DNA of 64,000 nucleotides from Malacoraja senta (GCA_038087875.1 CM075989.1:15564001-15628000), one strand, 5' to 3'. Counted from the stretch's first letter, positions 40,993-54,660 are shown. The notes: generated by a model not told the origin, from the sequence alone. A program made the numbers and translations.

Positions 40993-41199
40993 ACCCAAAG
41001 AAAACTGGAGCAAGAAAACATTGAAACTAAGCAAGCAAAGAAAGCAGCAGAGGATCGTGTGAGGCAGCTTGAGGATGAAAGAGGGACCTTGAAAAATAAA
41101 ATCGACAAACTACAAGCTGAAAGTGGTGAACTCAATCAAGTAATTTACAACGTGAAGGAAGAGGAGAGAAGGCAGAGGGATAAATGTGCGCGTCTGGAG
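40993..41199 (+). CDS. CGNL1: CGNL1 (cingulin-like 1) coiled-coil exon
   Basis: attatag|ACC...GAG|gtaatg. 207 nt, phase 0, TQRKLEQENIETKQAKKAAEDRVRQLEDERGTLKNKIDKLQAESGELNQVIYNVKEEERRQRDKCARLE. Assigned mainly by frame continuity with the better-conserved downstream exons. Confidence 0.82.
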
Positions 41200-42880
41200 G
41201 TAATGCAGCCAGGAAGAGGTGGTTTCACTCACCCCTCTGTCCCCTCATGCTCTTTTTTTCCCAAAGATTTAGTATTTCAGTCATTTTAACATGACTGTAG
41301 TTCTCTTTGAGGCTTGCATCTTGGAAAATCACGGGAATACCTAAGAGACAAAACGCTGGAGTAACTCAGCGGGTTAGACTCTTCCACTCCAACCCAAAAC
41401 GTCACCTATTCCTTTTCTCCAAAGAATTACTCCAGCATTTTGTGTCTATCTTACATTTAAACCAGCATTTGCAGTTCCTTCCTCCACTCTAAACGTTGTG
41501 CCTTGTTGAACCCTTCGTGTGGATGGTTCTCCAAAGCTGAGCTTTGCTGGGGAAGGAATGTGAATCTCCATGGACATGCCATTCATTCACCTACAGCCTC
41601 GTCAGGAAACTCCTAAAACACGTCAGAGACTTGAGGCAACTTGGAGACAATCAGCTGCGGGCTTTCCCACGAATAGCACTAAGTAATCCGTGCATGCACT
41701 GACCACTCAAGCCAATCTCGGGAACTTTTAAAGAGCATTTTTGCATGATTGTGCATGGTTGAACAACCAAAAAATCTGTCAGACCCACACCATTAGAGGA
41801 TCCACAGATTTTTAAATTGCTTAGAAGCTTTGTTTCTGGGGATTAGTCCTTCAATTTGCCTTTTGCAGGCAAAGATGTTTGGTGTTGGAGGCCAGATTGT
41901 TTACTTTACTTGAAGGGTTGAATGTAAAATGATATCTGCGTTAGGGAGTTCTGGTATTTCCTTGTATTTATTTCAGATTTCTAATAATTTGGTTCAACCA
42001 TTTTGTTTGTTTTTTGTTCTACGAGTAAAGGATAGAAAACAAATTTAAGTGTTATTTCAAGAACATGTTGGAACAGTGATATTTTTCTCATTCTAATTTC
42101 AGCGTGTTATGTAGATGTTAAAGGTAAGTTTTGTTAGGATCAGTAGGGCTCATTGTGTGTGTGGTAATAACATCTTCACATTCTACTCTGCTTCCAACGC
42201 CTGGCACCATAAGGAGAATGTATCTTGTACTCCCGTTATGTTATTATGCAATATCTTTCATGGTACAATTGGTATTGTTTTAATTCTTGCCCTGGATTTT
42301 CACTAAATCATTTTTCCCCAATGATGGAATTACCACCCACAACAAACTGGGTCTGGAATTCTGCAATTTGAAATTCTGCAGCCAGGATATGTTATGTCAG
42401 AAGCATGACTTTTCACAATTTTAGTGACTCTTGTGAAAATCAAGAAACGGCTGAGAGAGTTGATTGCGGCAGAGGCCATGGGAACATCAACACCTCAATA
42501 TCTCATCACTCTTACAGAAGACTTGTATTTACGAATAAGCTGTGGCTGAGCCCAAACTGTTCCAAAATAGTTACAACACTAGCATATGAATGTGGAGGAG
42601 TCAACCCCTCAAATCTGCTCGAACATTCAATAACCTCAATTGGACATTCCCACCACCCCCAAATATTTTTTTTATCAAGACTTTATCTACCTCTGCGTTA
42701 AAACTCTTCAAAATATCTCTCTTCCTCAGAAGGCTATGGAAGCAGTTCTAAAGCTCGTGACTCTCTGGAAGACCGGTTAAATCTGTCACTTTGGTTACAA
42801 GAGAGATCAGCAGCTCAATATTCTGCAGCAAGTGGCTCACCTACGGACACTTCAACGCCTTCTCACCATCCACAAGTCGC

Positions 42881-43095
42881 AATAGACAAAAAATGCTGGA
42901 ATAGCTCAGCGGGACAGGCAGCATCTCTGGATAAGAATGGGTGATGTTTGGGTCGAGACCCTTCTACTGAAGAAGGGTCTGCACCCAAAAGCATCACCCA
43001 TTCCTTCCATCCAGAGATTTTGCATGTTCCTGCTGAGTTACTGCAGCATTTTGTGTCCATCTTCGGTTTAACAAGCATCTGCAGTTCATTCCTAC
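42881..43095. mobile_element. Palindromic copy of the hammerhead-bearing element
   Basis: Inverted arms meeting at cccttctactgaagaaggg. Confidence 0.8.
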
Positions 43096-44244
43096 ACTTT
43101 CACTTGCCTGGATTGGTCCAATGTCAACAGCCCTCAAGAAGTTCAGCAACTTCAGGACACAATGCCCACTTGATTAACACTCCAACCACCACCCTAAACC
43201 TTCACTCTGTCCACCTCTGGATGCAGTGTGCACTATGTTCAAAATAGACTACAATTCCATGGCAAGGCTTTTCTGACAGTCCACAATCATCTCTACCATC
43301 GTGTCGACCCAGACCAGCAAGTGTGTGTGTGAACTCAACCATCTGCAAGTTCTCCTCCGAGCTCCACACATCCTGACCTGGAACTGTTTGGCAGTCCTTC
43401 ATTGTTGCTGGGTTGTATCCTTGAACTTCCTATCCAACAGCACGGTGGGAGTACCTTCACCAGGAGGACTACAGGGATTTAAGACAGCAGATCACCTTTC
43501 GTGCAACTAAGGATTAGAAACAGACCCCAGTCTGGCCATTGATGATCTCACCCTGAAAAATAAATTAAATTTAGTGTTGTAAATGTGTGGAAACAGTTCC
43601 CAAATACGATAACAGAATAAAAGACCACTTTGGAGAACTATATATATACTGATTTTTTTGTGTGAAGAAGTATATAGATTGATTCTAAAGATATTTCTTT
43701 ATTTCAAGGGTGTTTAAGCTTAAGGATAATTATGTATCAGTTGAAGTATTAAATCTTTGGAACAGAAACGTACAATGTTTAATTTTGTTTCCACTTTGTT
43801 CTTTTAGGGTATCCTTCTGTCTAGAAGTTTCTTTTCATCACTGGTGTTGTCCCTTATGATTTGTCCACATGGAATTCTGTTAATCTCAAAATATGTTCAT
43901 CTCAGTTTCCTTCTCAGAACTCATTTAGAGAAACATAAGTGTGAGAACCTCCTGAAATCCTGAGATCTGGGATTCAGGGCTATGGGGAGAAAGCAAGATT
44001 TTGGATGATCAGCCATGATCATATTGAATGGCGATGCTGGCTCGAAGGGCTGAATGCCGTATTCCTGCACCTACTTTCTATGTTTCTATATTTCTATGAA
44101 ATTGACTCGGAACTTGTATGTAAAATTGAGAGCGTCAGCAGATCAAACTAAAAACACATTCACTTGATAATAGAGTAATATTTGATGGTGTTAAAGTCGG
44201 ATTCAGTGACAAACATAAAGGCTGTAACCGCAACATTTTTTCAG

Positions 44245-44349
44245 CAAGAGAAGAAGCAACTGGAAGCTGCCTTGAGAGACGTCGGAGATCAGGAACAGGA
44301 TGTTTCACTCGCAAAGAGATCTTTGGAGAGTCGGTTGGACGATGTCCAG
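44245..44349 (+). CDS. CGNL1: CGNL1 coiled-coil exon
   Basis: ttttttcag|CAA...CAG|gtgagt. 105 nt, QEKKQLEAALRDVGDQEQDVSLAKRSLESRLDDVQ. Confidence 0.85.
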
Positions 44350-46884
44350 GTGAGTTCCAAGCACCAACACAGCAGGTTCTAGCGAGACAGCCCTTCACTG
44401 CTAAATTACTCCTCTCCCTAACCCGAGCCTTTAGCTTTGATATTACACTGTGGAAGGATCAATAATCTGTATGCTACTGTAACAATGGTAAAGGGGGGGA
44501 GGGGGGGAATCACATCTATTGTTCCAACATACAAATATCAGCACTTAGAATACAATTTAAATACTCTAATTCAGAAGGATGGAGCATTTTCCCAGTCTGA
44601 GGGCAGTCTATTGAAGACGCAGTGTTTTCACATTTTGAATAAATTATTGCAATTATGATCATGTGGAGTTGGGATTGCGTCTGTCCTGTTTGTGGAAGTG
44701 GACGCCAGTGTTTCTATAAACTACCCTCAGGTCAGGCCTCCTGCATTGTGTCTCTCACTGGGGTTCTGCACTCTGTATTTTCCCCTTTGCTCCATCCACT
44801 GTCGTTGAGTTTGACTTAATTGTATTTAAGTGTAATATATCTGATCTGTTTGAACAGTATGCAAAACAAAGCTTTCACTCTACAGTAAATGACGCCAATA
44901 TATGGCAGCTTGCAAGTGTGATCTATGCAAAAAGAATTTCACTGTGCAGGTCGCATGTGGCAATAAAGCACCGTTGAATCTCAGTACACGTGACAATGGA
45001 TAAGGAGCTGGATCCGTACACTATGATCATTAGGAGAATAGGGCTGATATTATTGAAACAGACAAGTTCCCAAGGAGGCACGGCAGGGTAGATGTTGCGA
45101 TGTTTCCACCAGTGAAAGACTGAAATGAGGGGACATGTAGCAAGATAAAGCGTGTCCATTTAAACCAGAGGGGCAGAGGTATCTCCTGGTATTGATCTCA
45201 CAGAAGATGATAAATGTGATGACTTCTCTGTCCCAGAGGATTGTGGGTTGGATGGGGCATTTATGGAGGAAGTGGTTTCAAAGAAAGATCAGCCAGGACT
45301 ATGGGAACTGACAGTAGAGGAGATAATACCTGGGTCAGAACAGCCACTATTATATTGAAGGATTGTCCAGGTTTGAGTGGACTGGGTGGATTACTTGCTT
45401 CCCTTTTTGTGTGTTGTTGCTCCTTATTTGGCACCAGTAAAGGTGCAAGCAACAGTCTCTTGGTCTGGAAGTTAAAAGCTAGAGGACAGGCCTTCAGCAG
45501 TAGATGCACTGGGGTGGAACAAAGTTGGACAACATCATAAAGCTGAACCTCTTGACATCGTCCAACTTTGCACCTGCTCCAGTGCAGTTATCATAATCCT
45601 CAATGTCCCGATGTTTCTTTAAAAAACGTACCCACATTCTCTATAAATACCTTATCCTGCCTCCACAATCCTCTGGGGCAGAGTATTTCTGATCATGGAC
45701 TCACGGGATTGTGCTGGTGCTGCCCCACTGTTCGCACTTGCTGCCCACAGAGCGCACACAGAGGCTTCTAATGCGGGCGGAGGTGAAACTGATACAACCC
45801 CTCATAGTGGTGGTATCATAGGCCCCACTTCCAAGCCTCACCAGCCAGCAGAGCTGCGAAAGAAAATGATTTTGTAAATGTCGAGGAATGCTCCGCATTC
45901 GCAAATATTGAAAACCAATCAAAGGTAGCGATTGAAAAAACCCAATTATAATATTTTCAAATTAAATACATTTCTGAAAAGGTAAATTAAAGCATCAAAA
46001 ATACCTGTCAATGATTTGAATACAAATATAATTCGGTCGACTGTAAAAGCTTCTGCAAAATTAGCCCTAGTGTGTATGAAATGTTGCAACAGTGGGATAA
46101 CACAGAACTAGTATGAATGGGTGATCAATGGTTGGCGTGGATTGAAGAGCCTATTTCCATGCCATATCACCAACTAAACTAAACTAAATTAAATAAATAA
46201 GAAGGAAACTACCCTGCATTATCATGTTCAGAACCATTTCTTCCAATGAAATTAATGACTTCACAGGACTGTCAGATTAACTTGGCACATGTTCAGTGTA
46301 CAGACTTACCAGACTAACTGCTGGCAAAGCTACAGACGTTTGAGCTCAATCCACTGGATTCCACAAAGAGTTTAATGCAGAGTTGTCTCAGGATCAGCAG
46401 ACAGCTTATCTCCCACCTTTGCTGGGAAATTAAAGAGAGGCTGAATCCTGGTACAGTCCAGAGCAAACTCACTTGATATTTGCAGTCCATTTGTTTTCCC
46501 GTACTGACCTGTGCTGCAGCTCTGCTGGTTTTTAAAAAGCTGCGTTAGAGTCACTGAGCAGATTTGTGCCTTATCTGTGGAGCGTAAAACAAAATTAATG
46601 TTTCAGGTCCCGAACCTTTAATTAGAACTGAAAATCTGAAGAGGGGCAACGGGTTTTAAGCAAGTGGGTGGTCGCTCATGACGTCGTTTTAATCCAAGAC
46701 TAGGGCAGATATTCCTGAGAGGATGAAGTGGATATTCCATATGAAAACACAACTAATTCTCTTGCTCTGTGCGTCTCAGTTCACACATGGGCAGGTGCAT
46801 GACAGGAGCACTTAATTCTCATATGTAATAGCCTCTTGACTTGAGAAGGAGTTTTAGTCATATATAATGTCTTTGATTTCACAG

Positions 46885-47037
46885 AGAAGCCTCAGCAAGA
46901 GATCACAGGAGTATCAGGAAATAAATGAAAGGCTTCAGGCGGAGACAGCTCAGAAAGACCTTCTAAAGAAAACAAAGAATGAAATGGAGGATGAAAGAAG
47001 GCATTTGGAGAAGATGGTTGAAAAGCTTCAGAAGGAG
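46885..47037 (+). CDS. CGNL1: CGNL1 coiled-coil exon
   Basis: ttcacag|AGA...GAG|gtcggt. 153 nt, RSLSKRSQEYQEINERLQAETAQKDLLKKTKNEMEDERRHLEKMVEKLQKE; recalled human KNEMENERWHLGKTIEKLQKE. Confidence 0.9.
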
Positions 47038-47726
47038 GTCGGTCCCTTTGCATCAACACCTCATCACCGTGCAAATTATTTAGTTAGCATTAATATTCCT
47101 TCTTGGAAACTCATGGCTGCAAGGTACCTTCACACTTCTAAGGGTTGCCTCGTGCCTTTCCAGTGGACGGAAACCTGCTGGGAAATGCCACCACTTTTGC
47201 ATCAATCTAACAGCATTTGGTGCAAGTTTGGGATTCTCTCACAGATGCACCATGTCTTGAACTTGTTGCCTGCCCTTTCGCAGCAATCCCCTGACTACCC
47301 TCTGATGTTGGTCATCAACTCTGGGGAGTGAACGGCGCAATTCCCAGCTACAATGGGGAGTCAGCCTGACCCGCTGAGTTACTCCAGCACTTTGTGTCCT
47401 TTCAAATACAATAGTAATGGAAATATGCTGCAGTAGCATTTGACATTCTTGAGAGTTCCCATTTTACTTTACTATAGGAAGTGACATGTATCATGTGCTC
47501 GTTTGTATGGAATAGTTCTCTGAATTTTAAAGAAAATCTGAGTAGCCAGAATAACTTGGTTCTCAGAATTCTGATGGTCTGGATGACATTTCCAATAGTT
47601 ACAACTTCAGTGAAAATTAAGGAATATTGCTTTATTCTTGAGAGGAGTGATCGAAATGTTAACTCTAGACGCTGCTTTTGTTCATCTCCTGCTGTCAAGA
47701 TTGCGGCACCAGCTAAGGCTCCCATT

Positions 47727-47930
47727 TTAGACACAAAAAGCTGGAGTAATTCAGTGGGACAGGCAGTATCTCTGGAGAGAAGGAATGGGGGAGGTTTCAG
47801 GTCGAGACCCTTGAAGACCCGAATCGTCACCCATTCCTTCTCTCCCGAGATGCTGCCTGTCCCGCTGTGTTACTCCAGCTTTCTGTGCCTTATCGTCGGT
47901 TTAAACCGGCATCTGCAGTTCCTTCCTACG
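47727..47930. mobile_element. Palindromic copy of the same short element (core deleted at centre)
   Basis: gacacaaaaagctggagtaattcagtgggacaggcag... inverted against ...ctgcctgtcccgctgtgttactccagc. Confidence 0.8.
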
Positions 47931-48679
47931 CAACGCTACCATTTTGCCTGACTGCCCCTCTTGGCCGGATGCAACGGAGTGTGGAATTACGGGAGAGCCA
48001 CTTTGCTGGTACTGTGAAGATTGCACTGTCATTGAGTCCTACAGCACAGCACCAGGCCCTTCGGCCCACCCCATCCATGCCTGCCGTCATACCTATTTAT
48101 AGTAATCCCATTTAATCTAGGTACTGTTCCAAGCAGTGGAAGGAAGTTAAATCTATGATTGTAGTTTTTACATTTCGCTAGAAACAAGGTACTGCAGATG
48201 CTGGTTTATAGAACGGGTTTACATTTAGTTCCTCCGTTTCAAATCTGAAGAATGAGTGACTGGGAAACTGGGAAGGTTCTCTTTAGAGCAGAGGAGGTTA
48301 GTTAGGAGAAAATTTGAGTGGAATGCTTAAAACTATTTGCAGTTTAAATCAAGAAAGTAAGGAGGTGTTGTTTTTAATGAAACGGGAGTGTCAGTACCTT
48401 GAGGGCACTGGGTGAACAGCTAGAGGGAAGATGAGGGTGATTTGTAATAGTGAGTACCATGATCTGGTATGCGCGGCTTGAAAGAGCAGTGTAACCAGAC
48501 TCGCTCGCGTTTAGAGGAGTATTGCATAATATTTTTAAATTTAAACAATATTACTATGTTCATCAAATTTTTGTGTACATAACACTGACATTTATTTGCA
48601 TATGCTTTTAGTACAAGCCATGTTATTCCATTGATTGTATAGCCAGGATGACATTGGATTTTGTATACATATGTGTTTA

Positions 48680-48977
48680 TGTATTTAGAAATACAATGTG
48701 GAAACAGGCCTTTCAACCCACCGAGTCCACGCCGACCACCGATCTCCTGTTCACACTGGTTCTATGTTATACCACTTTCGCATCCACTCCTTACACACTA
48801 GGGGCAATTTACAGAGGCTGATTAATCTACAAACCCATGATTTTGGGATGTGAGAGGAAACTGGAGCACCCGGAGGAGACGTGTGTGATCACAGGGAGAA
48901 TGTGCAAATTCCACGCAGACAGAACCTGACTCTCAGGCGCTGTGAGGCAGCATCCCTACCAGCTGCGGCACTGTGCT
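48680..48977 (-). mobile_element. tRNA-derived SINE
   Basis: Reverse-complement match to the SINE family. Confidence 0.8.
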
Positions 48978-49306
48978 GCGTCATGCTCCTCTGGCAAGCA
49001 GTCCAAGGGGCTTTAAACATGTTCCATCCCTTCTATGTGCAATGGCCTGGCAACCAGTCTTTAAGCCCGTTGTATAAAAAGCATTGGTTAAACACATAAA
49101 AGGGAAAAAATCCAGGGCTGCAGAGAAAGGGTGGAGAAGTGTAACTGGTGGATAACTGATTCAGAGACTGCTTCAACACATTGCATTGAGTGAAGAAACT
49201 GTGAAGTGATTTCAAATCTTTTCTGTATAATATGGAACTTTTAAAGAAATATTTTCTTTGCTGCTTTACCCTCCCCCTTCCTCCAATCCTGTTTTACCTC
49301 CTGCAG

Positions 49307-49477
49307 ATGGCTGAGATGATTAAGGATTCTCAGAGGTCGAGCCTTGATCTGCGGAAGGAACTTGATGAGTGCAAGGAAAAGGGCCGGAGTCAGCTGACTG
49401 CCCTGCAGCAACAGCTGAAAACCAAAGGCCTGGAGGTGGAGAAATCTTTGCTAATGACCAAGAAACTGCAGGATGAG
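49307..49477 (+). CDS. CGNL1: CGNL1 coiled-coil exon
   Basis: Strong pyrimidine tract plus ctgcag|ATG...GAG|gtaatg. 171 nt, MAEMIKDSQRSSLDLRKELDECKEKGRSQLTALQQQLKTKGLEVEKSLLMTKKLQDE. Confidence 0.9.
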
Positions 49478-50441
49478 GTAATGCAAGATAACACTGTTTA
49501 TTTAACCTTTGACTACTGACCTTTAACCAAAGGATTTCAGCAGAAAGTTGAGCAAATTCTTTCCTTGATGCATCACAGACTGATATTGGTAAAAATAAAT
49601 GAGATTACAGAAAACTTAACTTGCAAAAGCAGCAATACAAGAGGGTATAGCTTTAAGGTGAAGTGTAAAGGCGATATGTGGGGAAAATCTTTGCACAGAG
49701 GGTGGTGAGTGCCTGAAACGCACTGCTGGGGTTGGTGGTTGAAACCGATATGTTAATGGCATTGAAAAGACTTTTAAAAATCCATAACAGAGGATGGAGG
49801 GATATGGATTATGTGCAGGAAGATGAGTGATGGTATTGGCATCATGTTCGGCACATACATTGTGGGTTGAGGAGCCTGTTCTTGTGCTGCACTGTTCTCT
49901 GTTTAATGGCAAAGAGCATACTTTCCACTTATTCTAAACGTTGTAGAAGAACATTAAGAAACTTTGTTTTCTGAAATCTTTCTCAATGGAAACCATTTCC
50001 ACTCTGGCTGGTGTTTTCACGAGAGCTAACTCTAAATACATAGTATTGTTAACCTAATCCTTTGAAATTTTGCTCATTAAAAATCAACTCTTAGATTTGT
50101 TGCATTTCATATGTATTTGGTGATCCATTTGAATAACTGTTTAGAATTCCGGTCACAGTGACCTCACTTGTTTGTGATATACAGGGAGCCTCCTGTTTTC
50201 CACCAGAGCTAGAAAGAAAAAACATTGTGAGTATTCAAAATTTGTATGGACGCAGACAATCCTCTGATCTCTTCAAAAACAAAATACATTTTTGTAAAGA
50301 GCAAATCACAAACTTTAATGGCTTTCTTTGGAAAAAGCCAATGACTGTTACAATTGGCTGGCCAGAGGTTGCAGAGAAAACTGATAGTCAGCTGAGATCT
50401 GATGTTGGTTCGCTCAGGATCTCCACGTCCAAGTATGTATT

Positions 50442-50686
50442 GGGCTGGAGATTACACACTGATGCATCTGACCTCTGGGTCATCATTGAGTCTTGGAAGC
50501 TCTGCAACTCCAGCCTGACTTTTCGTACAGCAGTGAGTGCACTGATGCGGAGATCCAGAACTACAAGTTGGCTGGAGATTGGGCGTCGATGCATCCGACT
50601 TCTGGCTCGCCATTGAGTTTTGGGAGCTCTGCGACTCCAGCCCAATTTCCATGCAGCAGCAAGTGCGACGATGCAGAGGTCAGGCT
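50442..50686. repeat. Diverged tandem duplication, period ~127 bp
   Basis: gatgcatctgacctctgg...gctctgcaactccagcc at 50461 recurs as gatgcatccgacttctgg...gctctgcgactccagcc at 50588. Confidence 0.8.
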
Positions 50687-51619
50687 GGATTCCCTTTTAT
50701 GCGTGTGACCAATGCTTTTTTTAAACAGGTTTGAAGACTACTGTTGTTAACGCATGCAGGGTTAAAATGATTGCAATACATGTTGGCTGGTGCATCACAA
50801 CCTCTAGCTCACCATTGTGTCCTGTATGCTCTGCAGCTGACTGAGCTGAGGGCTGGATGTGCCTTATGTCCATCCTTTCTGCTTTACACCAGTCACCGCT
50901 GATACATCCAGCAACGGCATGGCTAGCATTAAAACAACGTAATTTAATAATAATTACTTCTAATTAAATTGACTTTTAAGTAGAAGTATTGAAGGTTTTA
51001 AAAAGTTCATTTACTTTTTTCAAGGTTTTCAAAATGTCTACGATATAAGTAAGTAAGTAAGTTTATTGTCCAAGTATTCACATACAAGGAATTTGCTTTG
51101 GTGCTCCGCCCACAAGTAACAACATGACATACAGTGACATTTACAAATGACTCAGAAAACACTAAACATGAATAATAATAATAATAATAAGACATTAATG
51201 ATAAAACACCATTGATCAAGCATGTGAACCAACAAAATATTTGGAGACATTTGGAAATGGTGATAATTTGTCTGACGTCCTGAGCTATCAGACGGTCATG
51301 GGGGGTGATCCGATGGTGGGCCTTGGTGTTCACTGTCTGGGCCAAGTTACTGCTCCAACCTGTTGCACCTCATCGCCATAACAGCAATGCCATCATTGTG
51401 GTGAGGCAGCAGAATGTTGGGTAGTCTTGTGCTTATAGAGTCCACTTTATTGTTTTGACATGGAGAGAGACATTCAAAAATGAAGTCTCCCTGTGTTGGA
51501 TGCTCGTGATGGCCTGAAGAACTGGATGGTGGTAGAAAGAATGGTTCAAAGAAGCCAGCCTCAGAATGAGGATCCACTCCCATTTCATGATCCCTTTTTC
51601 TTAAAGCAGACGTTTCTGC

Positions 51620-52037
51620 GCCTCTTTCAGCATTCTGAAGGAAAGGTTCTCTCAGCAGCTCCCTGGTCCTCTCTTCCCGCCCCTCCTCCTTCCCTTGTAA
51701 CTGCAGGAGATGCAACACCTGTGCTTTTAAATCTTTCCTTCCCAAACACTCCTTCCAGGTGAAGCAGTGATTCTCTTGTACTTCATCCAATCCAGTCTGC
51801 TTGGCTCACTGTTCTCACTGTGGTCGCTTCTCAATTAGTGAAACCAAAAATGCAGATTGGGTGCATGGCGCGCCAAGCACCCACAGGACTGGTTCGAAGC
51901 TTCCTGCTACCGGACACTTTAGTTCTCCGTCCCATTCCAACTCTGACTTCTCTATCTTTGACCTCCCAAACTGTTGTAAGGAGGCCCAATGTAAGCATAA
52001 GAAATAGAACCTTACCTTCAGTCTGGGCTTGTTGCAG
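51620..52037 (+). mobile_element. Penelope-like retroelement remnant (Cys-rich linker plus decayed GIY-YIG endonuclease)
   Basis: Translates to PCNCRRCNTC (51693-51722), [35 protein letters not shown] and HFSSPSHS, resembling the recalled pattern FTCxSSNxxYxIxCxxCxxxYIGETK...HFN. Confidence 0.72.
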
Positions 52038-53532
52038 ACAGAAAAGCTGGAAATCAGGACCGGAAAATGTTTCCTCCTCTACCCTCAAGCTCTGTGCAGA
52101 ACAACTGGCATCAGTCTACACAGACATTTTCAATCGGTCCCTGCAAACCTGCACTGTCCCTGCCTGGTTTAAAGACTCCACTATTGTTCCTGTACCCAAA
52201 AAGCCAAGGATTATTGGTCTTAATGACTACAGGCCTGTCGCACTGGCCTCTGTAATCATGAAGACCCTTGAAAGACGTGCTGGCCCACCTGAAAAATATC
52301 ACAAACCCCTACTGGACCCCCTGCAGTTTGCATACCGGGCAAATAGATCAGTGGATGACGCAGTCAACCTTGGCCTGCACTTCATCCTCTGGCACCTAGA
52401 CCGCCAGGGGACCTATGCAAGGATTTTGTTTGTAGATTTTAGCTCTGCATTCAACACCATTGTGCCAGAGCTACTACACTCCAAACTCTCCCAGTTGACT
52501 GTGCCTGAACCCCTTTGTCAGTGGATAATCAACTTCTTGACAGACAGGAAGCACCATGTGAGGCTGGGAAAGCACATCCCGGACCCGCAGACCCTCAGCA
52601 TAGGAGCACCGCAAAGCTGCGTACTCTCCCCCCTCCTTTAATCTCTCTACACCAACGACTATACCTCCACAGACTCCTCTGTCAAGCTTCTCGAGTTAGC
52701 GGACGACGCAACCCTGATTTGACTGATCCAGGATGGGGAGGAATCTGCCTACAGACAGGAGGTAACACAGCTAGCGTCCTGTTGCCATCGCAACAACCTG
52801 GAGCTCAATGCTCTTAAGACAGTGGAATTGATTGTAGACTCCCCCTTCCCTCCTCCCACTCACCCCAACACCACAGTCACATCTGTGGAGTCATTTAAGT
52901 TCCTTGGAACCATCATCTCCAGGGACCTTAAATGGGAGCCACCATCGACTCCACGGTCAAAAAGGCCCAACAGAGGATGTACTTCCTGTGGCAGCTGAGA
53001 AAACACAATCTGCCACAGGCAATGATGGTCCAATTCTATATGGCCATCATAGAGTCCGTCCTCACCTTCTCCATCATGGTCTGGTTTGGCTCAGCCACCA
53101 AGCACGACATCCGGAGGCTGCAGCGAATCGTTCGATCAGCTGAGACTGTTAGTGACTTCAACCTTCCCTCCATTGACGAACTGTACACTGCAAGGGCCAG
53201 GAAGCGAGCGGGCAAGATCATTTCTGACCCCTCTCACCCTGGTCACAAACTCTTTGAATCACTTCCCTCTGGAAGGCCACTCTGGACTGTCAAAGCTGCC
53301 ACAGCCAGACATAGAAACAGCTTTTATCCACAAGTAGTTGCTCTACTCAATAACCAAAAGTCTGTAGCCTCCTTTTGCTCTGGTATTTTATTTCATTCTT
53401 CACATGTTTAAATTATAATGTTTTATTTTTAATTATCTACTGTATATTGTGTTGTTACTTGCGAGCAAAGCACCAAGGCAAATTCCTTGTATGTATACAT
53501 ATTTGGGTAATATAATTTATTCAATTCAATTC
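52038..53532 (+). mobile_element. Rex1/Babar-like non-LTR retrotransposon, 5'-truncated RT
   Basis: [90 protein letters not shown]. Frameshifts present; (attca)n tail. Confidence 0.9.
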
Positions 53533-54359
53533 TTTCTTTAACAAGTTCAGGTAATTTAGATTTTCTCTGTCCAAACTGGTCATTTCTGCTGTACATCATC
53601 CATCTGACCTTGCAGGCCAGGGTTGGCGGAAATGCCCCCACTGTTCCATTGTTGTTTCCTCTTTCTCTCTCTCTCTAAATGATCTCGTTAACCCATAAAC
53701 CAGATGGTTTCATCAGCACCTGATCCCCATACAACCCTGACATCAGCCTATATGCTATAAATCCAGGCTTCCAGCACCTGCAGTTTGTCGGTGTTCTCTT
53801 GCCCCATCTTCTGTGCTTGGCTGGATGTTTTTTGGATGTCATTAGTTAATGATCCCTGGAAGTTTCTAGGTGGCACTCTCTAACCCGACCCTATCATATC
53901 TACTGTTTTATCATGTGAAAAACAAAAGTACCATTCAATCTGAGTGGGAATAATTTGATTAAATAAACGACCCTTCAATTCTGTTAGTCAGTATTTTTGC
54001 AAGGATTTTGAGATCATTGTTTTGAGATCATTGAGTCGTAGCTTCATCCATTTGGACATGGACATGCGTATGACTTTATATATTAGTTAGAAGGTATGGA
54101 TGAAACCTTTTTCCTAATTCTGTTGGTTCACAGCACCCCAAACTGCAGTCGTATCCCTTCCAAGAATTATAATAAAACAAAACTTAGTTATCATTTATCG
54201 TCCACTTTTCCAATGTTGTCAAGCTTTTGATTGTCCTTAAACGCATGCCTGTAATATTTTTAAGGCAAGTTCCAGGAATTATCACATCACTTGATACATG
54301 CTGACTAGGGTATAATGTCTCTTAGAGTTATGGAAACTAGTGTACATTCCCTGAGCAAA

Positions 54360-54660
54360 AAAAAAAGCACAAAGTGTTGGAATGTCTTAGCGGGTCAGGC
54401 AGCATCTCTGGAGATCATAGATAGGCGACGTCTCAAGTTGGGACCCTTTATTGGATTGATTTTAGTAGGGGGTGAGAAAGTTGGATGATAGGTGAAGGCA
54501 GAACAAAGCCAGGAAAGAGATAGGTGGATACAGGTGAGAGGGTTGATTAACAGATGGGTGGATAAAGGCTAGAGATGAACAGGACACAAAAGGCTGTGAG
54601 ATTAGGAGCGAAAGACGTTAACTGTGAGGCAGAGGACGGGATGTAGCTAGAAGGGAACCT
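54360..54660 (-). mobile_element. Longer, older copy of the Penelope-like terminal sequence
   Basis: cacaaagtgttgg...agcgggtcaggcagcatctctggag followed by a purine-rich extension. Confidence 0.6.

Noticed and set aside
51820..52641. 273-aa ORF as a novel gene
   Set aside because: Chance read-through from the Penelope-like remnant into a broken Rex1-like RT.
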